Source of the DNA: an uncultured Eubacteriales bacterium
GTDB lineage: Bacteria > Bacillota > Clostridia > Christensenellales > UBA1242
Assembly (NCBI GenBank): GCA_949077035.1
Contig: CARUPR010000002.1
Location: forward strand, 4,218-68,217
DNA length: 64,000 bases
Reading direction: 5' to 3'
In this document: positions 35,068-42,738 of the stretch, one piece after another
Position numbering within the stretch: the stretch's first letter is position 1
How the letters are laid out: each line of letters begins with the position of its first letter
The notes under the pieces: model-generated
Seen by the model: only the letters and a program-made list of their open reading frames with translations
What the model was told of the DNA's origin: nothing
Database searches by the model: none
Program-made: the position numbers and the translations under genes

Positions 35068-36546
35068 TTATTTTTCTATCTCATTTATTGTGTTTTTTGC
35101 TATATTTGCATTTCCTTTGTTGTGCTCTTCAAGCAAACGTTCTTTAAGCTCTGCAAGCTTTGGGCTAAGATTGATAGTGATAGTTTGAGCATTTGTAAGT
35201 CTTAAATTTTCCTCTTTTAAAGTATTAATTTGTTTTGCAACAAAATCTCGTTTTTGAGCAGGGGCTTTAAAATCATAGATGATTTTTCCATTTTCCATCA
35301 TCTTATGTCTGATTTTTACAGGTGTGTAATCGGTTATTGTATAAGTTTTCCAAGAAGAATTTGGGTCTTTAATTTCTATTGGACCTCTTGCAACTTTTTC
35401 ACCATAAAGTTTTAATATGTCGGTAAGAATTTTTCCATCTTTATCATAAAGGCGGACAATGTCTTTAAAGCCTGGATTTGTCACCTTTTCAATATTGTCA
35501 GAAATTTTGATTTTTGGCACTAAAGCTCCCTTTTCATTTTCAAGAGCGGTGAGTTTGTATACACCACCAAATACAGGTTCTGATTTTGCAGTAATCAAGT
35601 TTTCACCAACGCCAAATGTGTCAATAGGTGCACCTTGTTTAAGAAGGTCAGAGATAAGATATTCATCAAGAGAATTTGAAACGCAAATTTTTGTATCATA
35701 CATTCCTGCTGCATCAAACATCTTTCTTGCCTGTTTTGATAAGTATGCAAGGTCGCCACTATCAATTCTTATTCCGGCAAGTTTTTTGCCCATTGGTTCT
35801 AAGATTTCTTTTGCAACTTTGATTGCATTTTGGACTCCGCTTCCCAAAGTATCATAGGTGTCAACAAGGAAGGTTGCATTGTCAGGGAAAGAGAGGGCAT
35901 AAGCTTTGAAAGCTTCATATTCATTATCAAAACTTTGAATAAAGCTGTGAGCCATTGTGCCTAATACTGGGACGCCAAATTCCATACCAGTCATTGTGCA
36001 GGCAGTGCCTACAGCACCACCAATGTAAGCATCAAGTGCACCTTCATTGGCAGCAGATTCACCATGAGCTCTTCTTGTCCCAAATTCCATAACAGCTCTT
36101 CCTTGTGCTGAACGCACAATTCTGTTTGACTTGGTTGTGACAAGTGAAGAACGATTCATAATTGTAAGAAGTTTGGTTTCAACAATTTGAGCTTCAACAA
36201 TAGGTGCAACAACAGTCAAAATAGGTTCGTTTGGAAATGTAACAGTTCCATCTTGAACGGCATAAACATCACCGGTAAATTTTATTGTTGAAAGATAATC
36301 TAAATAATCCTCTGTAAAAAGATTGAGGCTTCTCAAATAATCTATTTCTTCCTTTTCAAATTTAAAATCTTTTAAAAATTCAACTGCAGCTTGAACATTT
36401 CCTGCAAGAGTAAATGCAGCTTTATCTGGACATCTTCTATAAAATAGGTCAAAACAAGCCTTTCTTTTTTCCAAGCCTTGATTAAAATAAGCTTGCCCCA
36501 TTGTAAGTTCGTAAAAATCAATTAACATATTATTTTTTTTGCTCAT
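35068..36546 (-). CDS. pncB: Nicotinate phosphoribosyltransferase
   Basis: Contains MLIDFYELTMGQAYF, FGTRRAHG and GTMAHSFIQ. Length is 492 aa. Confidence 0.93.
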   Translation of the reverse strand: MSKKNNMLIDFYELTMGQAYFNQGLEKRKACFDLFYRRCPDKAAFTLAGNVQAAVEFLKDFKFEKEEIDYLRSLNLFTEDYLDYLSTIKFTGDVYAVQDGTVTFPNEPILTVVAPIVEAQIVETKLLTIMNRSSLVTTKSNRIVRSAQGRAVMEFGTRRAHGESAANEGALDAYIGGAVGTACTMTGMEFGVPVLGTMAHSFIQSFDNEYEAFKAYALSFPDNATFLVDTYDTLGSGVQNAIKVAKEILEPMGKKLAGIRIDSGDLAYLSKQARKMFDAAGMYDTKICVSNSLDEYLISDLLKQGAPIDTFGVGENLITAKSEPVFGGVYKLTALENEKGALVPKIKISDNIEKVTNPGFKDIVRLYDKDGKILTDILKLYGEKVARGPIEIKDPNSSWKTYTITDYTPVKIRHKMMENGKIIYDFKAPAQKRDFVAKQINTLKEENLRLTNAQTITINLSPKLAELKERLLEEHNKGNANIAKNTINEIEK

Positions 36547-37178
36547 AATTCTATCTCCTTATCATTTTGTTTTTTAGTTTGATTTTTTATTTGTTTTTCA
36601 AATTGTCTGTTTATTTGTTTTGTTGTTTGTTTATCCAATTGTTTATTCAATCGTTTATCCATTTGTCTATTAAATTGTTTATCCAATTGCTTTTTTATAT
36701 CATCATAACCTTCAGGGATGACATATTTTAGATATTCTTTTTTATTTCTTATATCAGTGCCATGCACTGCAATTGCATCGCGGTCAATCGCAACAAATTC
36801 ACACTCAGGGAAATATAGTTCGTTTAACTGGCGATAACTTTCATCTGCATATTTTGCAGTTATTTGGTCTTTTATTACTTCCTTAAATCTTTTTGACCAT
36901 TCTTCAAGTCCTTCAGGGAAGCTTTTTAAACCACTTTCATCAAGGAAGACAAACTTTATATTGTTGTTTCCTTGATAGTGTTTTTTCAGCCACTCTAATC
37001 TCTGCATTGGTGTAAAGTATGGAAATGAAGATTTTTCACATTTTTCCTTTGAACGTTTTGGGTCTTCTGAAAGGACAATGACTGCTTTTTCACATTCATT
37101 AATTACTCTATCAATCACACTGAGATGGCCGATGTGGGGTGGTAGAAATTTGCCTACAAAGCAACCTATTTTTTTCAT
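36543..37178 (-). CDS. NMN/NaMN adenylyltransferase (NadR/NadM-type cytidylyltransferase fold) with a C-terminal tetrapeptide-repeat tail
   Basis: GKFLPPHIGHLSVI is the HxGH motif. A 4-bp overlap links it to pncB. The tail has 12 tetrads: IKKQ LDKQ FNRQ MDKR LNKQ LDKQ TTKQ INRQ FEKQ IKNQ TKKQ NDKE. Confidence 0.7.
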   Translation of the reverse strand: MKKIGCFVGKFLPPHIGHLSVIDRVINECEKAVIVLSEDPKRSKEKCEKSSFPYFTPMQRLEWLKKHYQGNNNIKFVFLDESGLKSFPEGLEEWSKRFKEVIKDQITAKYADESYRQLNELYFPECEFVAIDRDAIAVHGTDIRNKKEYLKYVIPEGYDDIKKQLDKQFNRQMDKRLNKQLDKQTTKQINRQFEKQIKNQTKKQNDKEIEL

Positions 37179-37193
37179 AAATTTCGCCTCACT

Positions 37194-38396
37194 TTATTTA
37201 TTAAAAAACTCATCATAAAGAAAGTTTTCAACTTCTTTGTCTTCATATTCTTGAAGTTTCTTTTCAAGTTGTTTGATTCTTTGTTTATAAACAAAGTTTC
37301 TAAGGCCATATTTGCTTCTCACACAAAATTTTTCATTGTCTAAAAGTTTTTCAATATCTTCAAGTTTTACTGGCACAACTTCAATTTTTTCATCTCCTTG
37401 AAGATTCTGTTTGCCTGTCATTGTGACTTCAGCTTCATATAGTTCTGCATTTTCATCAGTCAATCCCAAAGAAGAATATGCTGCAGTTTCTGTCCTCTTG
37501 ATGTGTTTTACTTTTGCTCCGATTTCTTCATCAAGCTCTCTTATTGCACTTGTCATGCTATCTTCGCCTTCATCCACAAGTCCTGCAGGTATTCCATAAA
37601 CATAATCACCGATGGCACGTTTAAATTCTTTAATAAGATATACAACCATTGAACCATTTACATAAGAATATGGTATCATGTGCACTGCATCTGGTTTTAG
37701 GGTAGGTTGCACGATTTCAGGAAGTTTGCGTCTTGTAACCATTTCGTATTTAATTAAATTGTTTCCGTCTTGATAAGTCACTTCAAACATATTTAAAAAT
37801 TTTCTGTCAGTAAGTTTTTTGATGCTTATTGGTTTTAAAGTATTCATATAGGTAATCTCAACTCCAAGTTCTTCAAGTTCTTTAAGTGCCTGACTATTTA
37901 CTTTGTCAGCTTCATGATTTGGTGCATTAAAGGTATCAACACTGTTTTCAGAGATAGAAATCTTTGTCCCAATTTTATTTTCAGCAAAATATTTTACCAA
38001 ACTTTGAGTAAGTGAACTTACGCATATATCTGTGCAGCATCCAGTGATTTCTATATTGTCAAATTTGTTATTCTCTAAAATTGCCTTCATCATAATTGTA
38101 TTAAATCCATTTGTTGTATTTTTGTTTATGACAAGCATATCCTTTTCATATGGTTTAAGCTGGTCTATAAGCTCACACTCGCGGCTACCTTTTATGCAGT
38201 GGGGTGGGAATAACTTAAATTCCTCGTCATTTTCATCATGAGTATCTTTAAAGGCAATTATCATGTCACCATTTTGCTTTGCCTTTTCAATCTTATGGAC
38301 TATTGATGGAACAATTGAATTAATACGGCTGTCTGCCAATGCTCCTTCATTGATGAATCCATTTACCATGTCAACTACTATTAATAAATTTTTCAT
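37194..38396 (-). CDS. pncA: Bifunctional nicotinamidase (PncA-like) / Nudix ADP-ribose pyrophosphatase fusion
   Basis: The N-terminal half has LLIVVDMVNGF, FPPHCIKGSRE and ITGCCTDICV. The C-terminal half has the Nudix box GIPAGLVDEGEDSMTSAIRELDEEIG and the NudF-like segment SSLGLTDENAELYEAEV. Confidence 0.8.
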   Translation of the reverse strand: MKNLLIVVDMVNGFINEGALADSRINSIVPSIVHKIEKAKQNGDMIIAFKDTHDENDEEFKLFPPHCIKGSRECELIDQLKPYEKDMLVINKNTTNGFNTIMMKAILENNKFDNIEITGCCTDICVSSLTQSLVKYFAENKIGTKISISENSVDTFNAPNHEADKVNSQALKELEELGVEITYMNTLKPISIKKLTDRKFLNMFEVTYQDGNNLIKYEMVTRRKLPEIVQPTLKPDAVHMIPYSYVNGSMVVYLIKEFKRAIGDYVYGIPAGLVDEGEDSMTSAIRELDEEIGAKVKHIKRTETAAYSSLGLTDENAELYEAEVTMTGKQNLQGDEKIEVVPVKLEDIEKLLDNEKFCVRSKYGLRNFVYKQRIKQLEKKLQEYEDKEVENFLYDEFFNK

Positions 38397-38436
38397 TTTT
38401 TCCTCCTTAAAATATGTATATGTCTGATATCATCAA

Positions 38437-38469
38437 TATGATAATATCACATTAAAAATAATTTGTCAA
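38437..38469 (-). promoter_or_regulatory. Promoter plus dyad operator (site 1) of the pncA-nudix/NMNAT/pncB operon
   Basis: The reverse strand reads TTGACA (38464-38469), a 17-nt spacer, then TATTAT (38441-38446). The dyad TGTGATATTATCATA (38437-38451) overlaps the -10. Confidence 0.65.
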
Positions 38470-38487
38470 CTATTTTTTTAAAATTTC

Positions 38488-38520
38488 TTGACAAAATATT
38501 ATCATTGTGATAATATCAAT
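38488..38520 (+). promoter_or_regulatory. Promoter plus dyad operator (site 2) of nadE-nrtR
   Basis: TTGACA (38488-38493), a 17-nt spacer, then TAATAT (38511-38516). The dyad TGTGATAATATCAAT (38506-38520) overlaps the -10. Confidence 0.65.
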
Positions 38521-38537
38521 GGTGAAAGGAGATTATT

Positions 38538-39302
38538 ATGGATAAAAAAGAGATAGAAAAAATCAAATTATGGATAAGCGACTATATAAAAAACGCTCAT
38601 GCAAATGGTGTAATTCTTGGAATGAGCGGGGGAAAGGATAGTCTTATCACAGCAAAACTTTGTGTTGATGCACTTGGCAAGGATAAAGTTTTGGGCGTCA
38701 TTATGCCAAATGGCGAAATGAAGGATTGTCAAGTAGCCATTGAAAGCTGTCAATTATTAGGAATAAGATATTATAATATAAATATTAATAATCTATATAA
38801 AGATATGCTTGACAATATTTCACCAATATTAAAAAATGAAGATAAACCTCTCAGCACAGTAACAACATACAATGTCCCTCCAAGACTTAGAATGGTTTCA
38901 TTATATGCCATTGCAGGAAGCCTTGGTTATCTTGTTGCAAACACTTCAAATCTTTCAGAAGCTATGGTTGGTTATACCACTAAATGGGGCGATAATGTTG
39001 GCGACTTTGCTGTTCTTGCAAATTATACAAAAGATGAAGTGTGTCAGCTTGGTCTTTTGCTTGGTCTTCCAGAAAATCTTGTAAATAAGGTCCCAGATGA
39101 TGGTTTGACAGGAAAGACAGATGAAGATAAACTAGGCTTCAGTTATCAAGAACTTGATAATCTTATAAGAAATGGTAAAAAGGGTGAAAAATATGACCTT
39201 ATCTCAAAAATGCATAGACTTTCAGAGCATAAAAGGGTGGGGACAGCAAAATTCCCAAATGATACAAAAAATTATTTCTATGAAGATGAAATTGAATTGT
39301 AA
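38538..39302 (+). CDS. nadE: Ammonia-dependent NAD+ synthetase
   Basis: GMSGGKDSLITAKL is the SGGxDS PP-loop. Length is about 254 aa, and GYTTKWGD is present. Confidence 0.93.
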   Translation: MDKKEIEKIKLWISDYIKNAHANGVILGMSGGKDSLITAKLCVDALGKDKVLGVIMPNGEMKDCQVAIESCQLLGIRYYNININNLYKDMLDNISPILKNEDKPLSTVTTYNVPPRLRMVSLYAIAGSLGYLVANTSNLSEAMVGYTTKWGDNVGDFAVLANYTKDEVCQLGLLLGLPENLVNKVPDDGLTGKTDEDKLGFSYQELDNLIRNGKKGEKYDLISKMHRLSEHKRVGTAKFPNDTKNYFYEDEIEL

Positions 39303-39307
39303 AACAA

Positions 39308-39359
39308 TTGATTAACTTTTGATTAATTATTGATTATCTTTTGATTAATTATTGATTCA
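39308..39359 (+). repeat. Five TTGATTA repeats at an exact 11-bp period
   Basis: TTGATT(A/C) starts at 39308, 39319, 39330, 39341 and 39352, between nadE and nrtR. Confidence 0.9.
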
Positions 39360-39464
39360 ATTATTAATATTTAAAATATTGTTTAGAACATTATTTAAAA
39401 TTGATTTGATTTTTATTAATCAAAGGTTATAATTTATACTGCTAATAAAAATTTGAGGTGAAAG

Positions 39465-40331
39465 ATGAAAATTTCAAGTGAAGAAAAACAATTCTTAGAA
39501 CTATATTCAGATAGTCATTATCAAAAACCTTCGGTGACTGTTGATGCGGTTGTTTTAAGAATGATAGACAAAGAAAGTGATAATTATAGAAAACTGCCAG
39601 AGAAAAAACTGCAGGTGTTTTTGACATACAGAAAATATCCACCTTTTGTAAATCATTATGCGGTTGTAGGCACTTTTATTGATTTAAACAATACTCTTGA
39701 AGAAACTTTGGATTTATGTGTCAAAAACAAAATATCTTTGGATAACTTTTATAAAGAACAACTCTTTACCTTTGGTGATAAACAACGTGACCCAAGAACA
39801 AGAGTTTTATCAGTCAGCTATATGCTTCTGACACATAATCAAGAGCTTAACAATGGCAAATGGTTTGATTTTGATATTCAAGAAAGGGAAATTTTATCTG
39901 AAATATCTCAAGAAGGGTATCATGTTGAAAAAGAAATCACTATCACTCTTTCAAATGGCGAGGAGGTATTGAATAATAAACTCAAATTATCAATAAAAAG
40001 CAGTGAGCTTAAAATGGAAAAGAAACTTGAGATTATCTCTTCAGACATCGCTTTTGACCATATCAAACTTATCTATTTTGCACTTGATAGATTGAAAAAT
40101 AAACTTGAATGGACAGATATTGCCTTCAATCTTCTTCCTAAAAAGTTTACCTTGACAGAACTTAAAAATTGCTATGAAGAAATTTTGGGCACAAAACTTT
40201 TGGATGCCAATTTCAGAAGAAAGACTGCCGACCTTGTATGTCCTCTCAATGAGTATACATCTGATAAAGGTCACAGACCATCACAACTTTTTAAGCATAA
40301 TCCAAATTGGGACAGAAGATTGAATATATAA
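39465..40331 (+). CDS. nrtR: NrtR-like (Nudix-related) transcriptional regulator of NAD metabolism
   Basis: The N-terminal Nudix-like fold (PSVTVDAVVL...) lacks a clean catalytic box. The C-terminal winged-helix signature reads LLPKKFTLTELKNCYEEILGTKLLDANFRRK. Confidence 0.7.
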   Translation: MKISSEEKQFLELYSDSHYQKPSVTVDAVVLRMIDKESDNYRKLPEKKLQVFLTYRKYPPFVNHYAVVGTFIDLNNTLEETLDLCVKNKISLDNFYKEQLFTFGDKQRDPRTRVLSVSYMLLTHNQELNNGKWFDFDIQEREILSEISQEGYHVEKEITITLSNGEEVLNNKLKLSIKSSELKMEKKLEIISSDIAFDHIKLIYFALDRLKNKLEWTDIAFNLLPKKFTLTELKNCYEEILGTKLLDANFRRKTADLVCPLNEYTSDKGHRPSQLFKHNPNWDRRLNI

Positions 40332-40422
40332 TTTACGAAAGATATTAAAAAAATTGTTATTAAAATTTAATATTAAAAATATAAGATAAATAATTTTTAA
40401 AAAATAAAACTTTAAAAATGGC

Positions 40423-40456
40423 AAAAAAACCTCCCATAAAAGGGAGGCTTTTTTTA
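40423..40456 (+). terminator. Intrinsic terminator after nrtR
   Basis: aaaaaaa CCTCCC ataaaa GGGAGG cttttttt. Confidence 0.85.
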
Positions 40457-40670
40457 GCGTAAGTTTTATTAAATTGTTTTGAATATTGTCAAAGTGACAA
40501 TAAATTTAAGTCAAGATAAATTTGCAAAATTCTTTATCAGCAATACCTTCATATTGGGGACATTTTCTTGCCCCATTTTCATCTTATGTGATAAAGGCAA
40601 ATAATGTGTCAAATTGATATCTGAAATATATACAAAGTGCAAACTTAGTGATGCAAATTTGTCAAATTGC

Positions 40671-40997
40671 TTAAGCCAAAAGTGAATTTATATTGTTTTG
40701 TATCAACAAACAAAGCCTTGAATACTCAGGAATGTTTATAAGCTTCAACAGATTGGAAGATAGATTAAGGCAGATTTTTAAATTGGCTTTTGTGGTTGGT
40801 TTTTCTTCGATAAGCTCTAAAGGGGTGGCAAATAAAGAATAATATAGATTTGAAATCATAAGCTCGGTTTCATCAAGCAGATTTAATCTTTCTTCATCTT
40901 TTTCTTCTTCCTTTATCAAAACAATGTTTTCATAAAGCTGTTGTATGGTTTGCTTTATCTCAGGCAGAAGGGTGTTTTCTGCCTGTATGGTTGTCAT
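40671..40997 (-). CDS. Hypothetical helical protein (109 aa)
   Basis: An ORF with GAGG 10 nt upstream of ATG 40997. I recognise no motif. Confidence 0.45.
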   Translation of the reverse strand: MTTIQAENTLLPEIKQTIQQLYENIVLIKEEEKDEERLNLLDETELMISNLYYSLFATPLELIEEKPTTKANLKICLNLSSNLLKLINIPEYSRLCLLIQNNINSLLA

Positions 40998-41125
40998 ACT
41001 TTTAAAACCTCTCATGTTTGTAAGCTCATATTTTTGCGTGAGAATATTATAATTACAAAAAAACTTGTGCATAGCTTTCTCCTTTACACAAGTTTTATAT
41101 GATAAAATTATTAAATTTGTGATTA

Positions 41126-41512
41126 TTAAATCAGTGATATAAGCACTTTGAGAGCAGCTGCTGCAGGACCTTGAATTTGTGAATTGCGTATCAGCGATTC
41201 ATCAACTTTACCCCATGCATTTGGAATCTTCTTAAGAATTGCTGGCAGGGCAAGATTGATAAATAATACAAGCACCAAAAGACAGGCAACACCAATTAAT
41301 GTGTTTCTCAATCTGAAAAGTGCACCCTTTCTTTTTTCCTCATTTTCGCTTTTGGCAAGATTGACACCTAAAACAATTGCATAAACAGAGCCAGCACCGC
41401 CTACTACTGCCAAAATTGCATATAAAATACTTGGCAAGATTTCATAGACTTCATTCAGCCAGGCATAATTGCCAAGCCATCTATTTACTTCAGCAAGAAG
41501 AAATTGCAGCAT
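41126..41512 (-). CDS. Small two-TM membrane protein, paralog A (128 aa)
   Basis: The start is set at ATG 41512 behind AAGGAGTGAGG. The core AILAVVGGAGSVYAIVLGVNLAKSENEEKRKG...IGVACLLVLVLFINLALPAILK aligns with the neighbouring gene. Confidence 0.7.
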   Translation of the reverse strand: MLQFLLAEVNRWLGNYAWLNEVYEILPSILYAILAVVGGAGSVYAIVLGVNLAKSENEEKRKGALFRLRNTLIGVACLLVLVLFINLALPAILKKIPNAWGKVDESLIRNSQIQGPAAAALKVLISLI

Positions 41513-41611
41513 ATCCTCACTCCTTTTAAGATATTTTATCACAATTTTTTCTTTTATGCAATCAAATTATAAGAAATTCTTATTAATATTGAAATTTATT
41601 GAATCAAACGA

Positions 41612-41642
41612 CAAAAAAAATCACATCAATTAAGATGTGATT
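41612..41642 (-). terminator. Intrinsic terminator after paralog B
   Basis: The reverse strand reads ATCACATC ttaatt GATGTGAT tttttttt. Confidence 0.8.
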
Positions 41643-41650
41643 TTATCTAG

Positions 41651-42064
41651 TTACGCTTTTAAAAGTGAAAGAATAGGTTTGATAATGCTGGTGCCACCTT
41701 CAGGTTTTTTATCAGGAACATCTAAAGCATTTGGGTCAACAAAGGCTGAAACTAAAGCAGGTAAAGCAACGTTGAATATTACAATTAAAGCGATTGTCAC
41801 ACCAATTGCAATAAACACAGTGATAAGGTGTTTTTTTGCATCGTCACGCTTGCTTTGGTCTTCTGCACGAGCAAGTTGAACTCCTAAATAGATTGCATAA
41901 ATTGCACCAATTGCACCAACAACACCAAGAACTACCCAAAGGACAGAACTTATTATACTAAATGTTTGTGAAAGAAGTTTTCTTGTGTTGTCATCACCTT
42001 GAAAAAATTTATTAAAATAAGCTGCCCAACTAGTTACAATTTGTTTAGCAAGTAAAAGATTCAT
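41651..42064 (-). CDS. Small two-TM membrane protein, paralog B (137 aa)
   Basis: The start is set at ATG 42064 behind AGGAGGG. Core: VVLGVVGAIGAIYAIYLGVQLARAEDQSKRDD...IAIGVTIALIVIFNVALPALVS. Confidence 0.7.
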   Translation of the reverse strand: MNLLLAKQIVTSWAAYFNKFFQGDDNTRKLLSQTFSIISSVLWVVLGVVGAIGAIYAIYLGVQLARAEDQSKRDDAKKHLITVFIAIGVTIALIVIFNVALPALVSAFVDPNALDVPDKKPEGGTSIIKPILSLLKA

Positions 42065-42390
42065 TTTTCCCTCCTTTTTATTTAAAAGCGTTTTGCTTTT
42101 CAATTACAATCTCATATTAACATATTTAATTTAAAAAAGTCCAACGATTTTAAAAGGTTTTTTTATTTTTTTTTAATATTATATATTTATCCTTATCTTT
42201 TTATACAAAATGTGCAAAAATATGCCTTAAAAAGAAATTTTTGGGGCAATAGCAGTAAGTTTTTCTACTTGCAAAGCAATTTTTAAGGACATTTTTAATT
42301 TGGTTCTGGCTTCATTTTTATGAAAAAAAAGATAAAAACAACCCCAAAATGAGGCTGCTTTTATCTCTCTTAAAATTATGTGGCAAATGA

Positions 42391-42576
42391 TTAGAAAAAT
42401 AGATTATTTTGACCAGGGCAGGTGTTTTGGTGGCAACAAGAATTGTTCCAACCATTGTTTCCATTTCCTAAAGCCAGCAAGAGAAGAAGCAAAAAGTTTG
42501 TGTTGGTGTTCAGATTTGTGTCAGTTGCATTTGTAATCACAGACAAAAGCAGTGCAAATAAAATTTGATTGTTCAT
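42391..42576 (-). CDS. 61-aa hydrophobic, Asn-rich, Cys-containing peptide
   Basis: AGGAGG lies 4 nt upstream of ATG 42576. The product is MNNQILFALLLSVITNATDTNLNTNTNFLLLLLLALGNGNNGWNNSCCHQNTCPGQNNLFF. A hairpin followed by T8 lies downstream (about 42320-42372). Confidence 0.5.
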   Translation of the reverse strand: MNNQILFALLLSVITNATDTNLNTNTNFLLLLLLALGNGNNGWNNSCCHQNTCPGQNNLFF

Positions 42577-42680
42577 AGTTCCTCCTATTTTACAAAATAT
42601 GGCAATCTTCGACAAAATAATTATAAGAATCATTTTGCTTCTTCTTTGGTTTTTTGTCACAATATATATGAGTAATTTTG

Positions 42681-42702
42681 TATCGAATGTGAAATTTCGA
42701 TA
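42681..42702. promoter_or_regulatory. Inverted repeat between the divergent peptide and arsR-family genes; candidate ArsR/SmtB operator
   Basis: TATCGAA-tgtgaaat-TTCGATA has perfect 7-bp arms. Confidence 0.4.
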
Positions 42703-42738
42703 TTCCTTAATATTTATGAAAGGGAAGGGGAATGTGTG

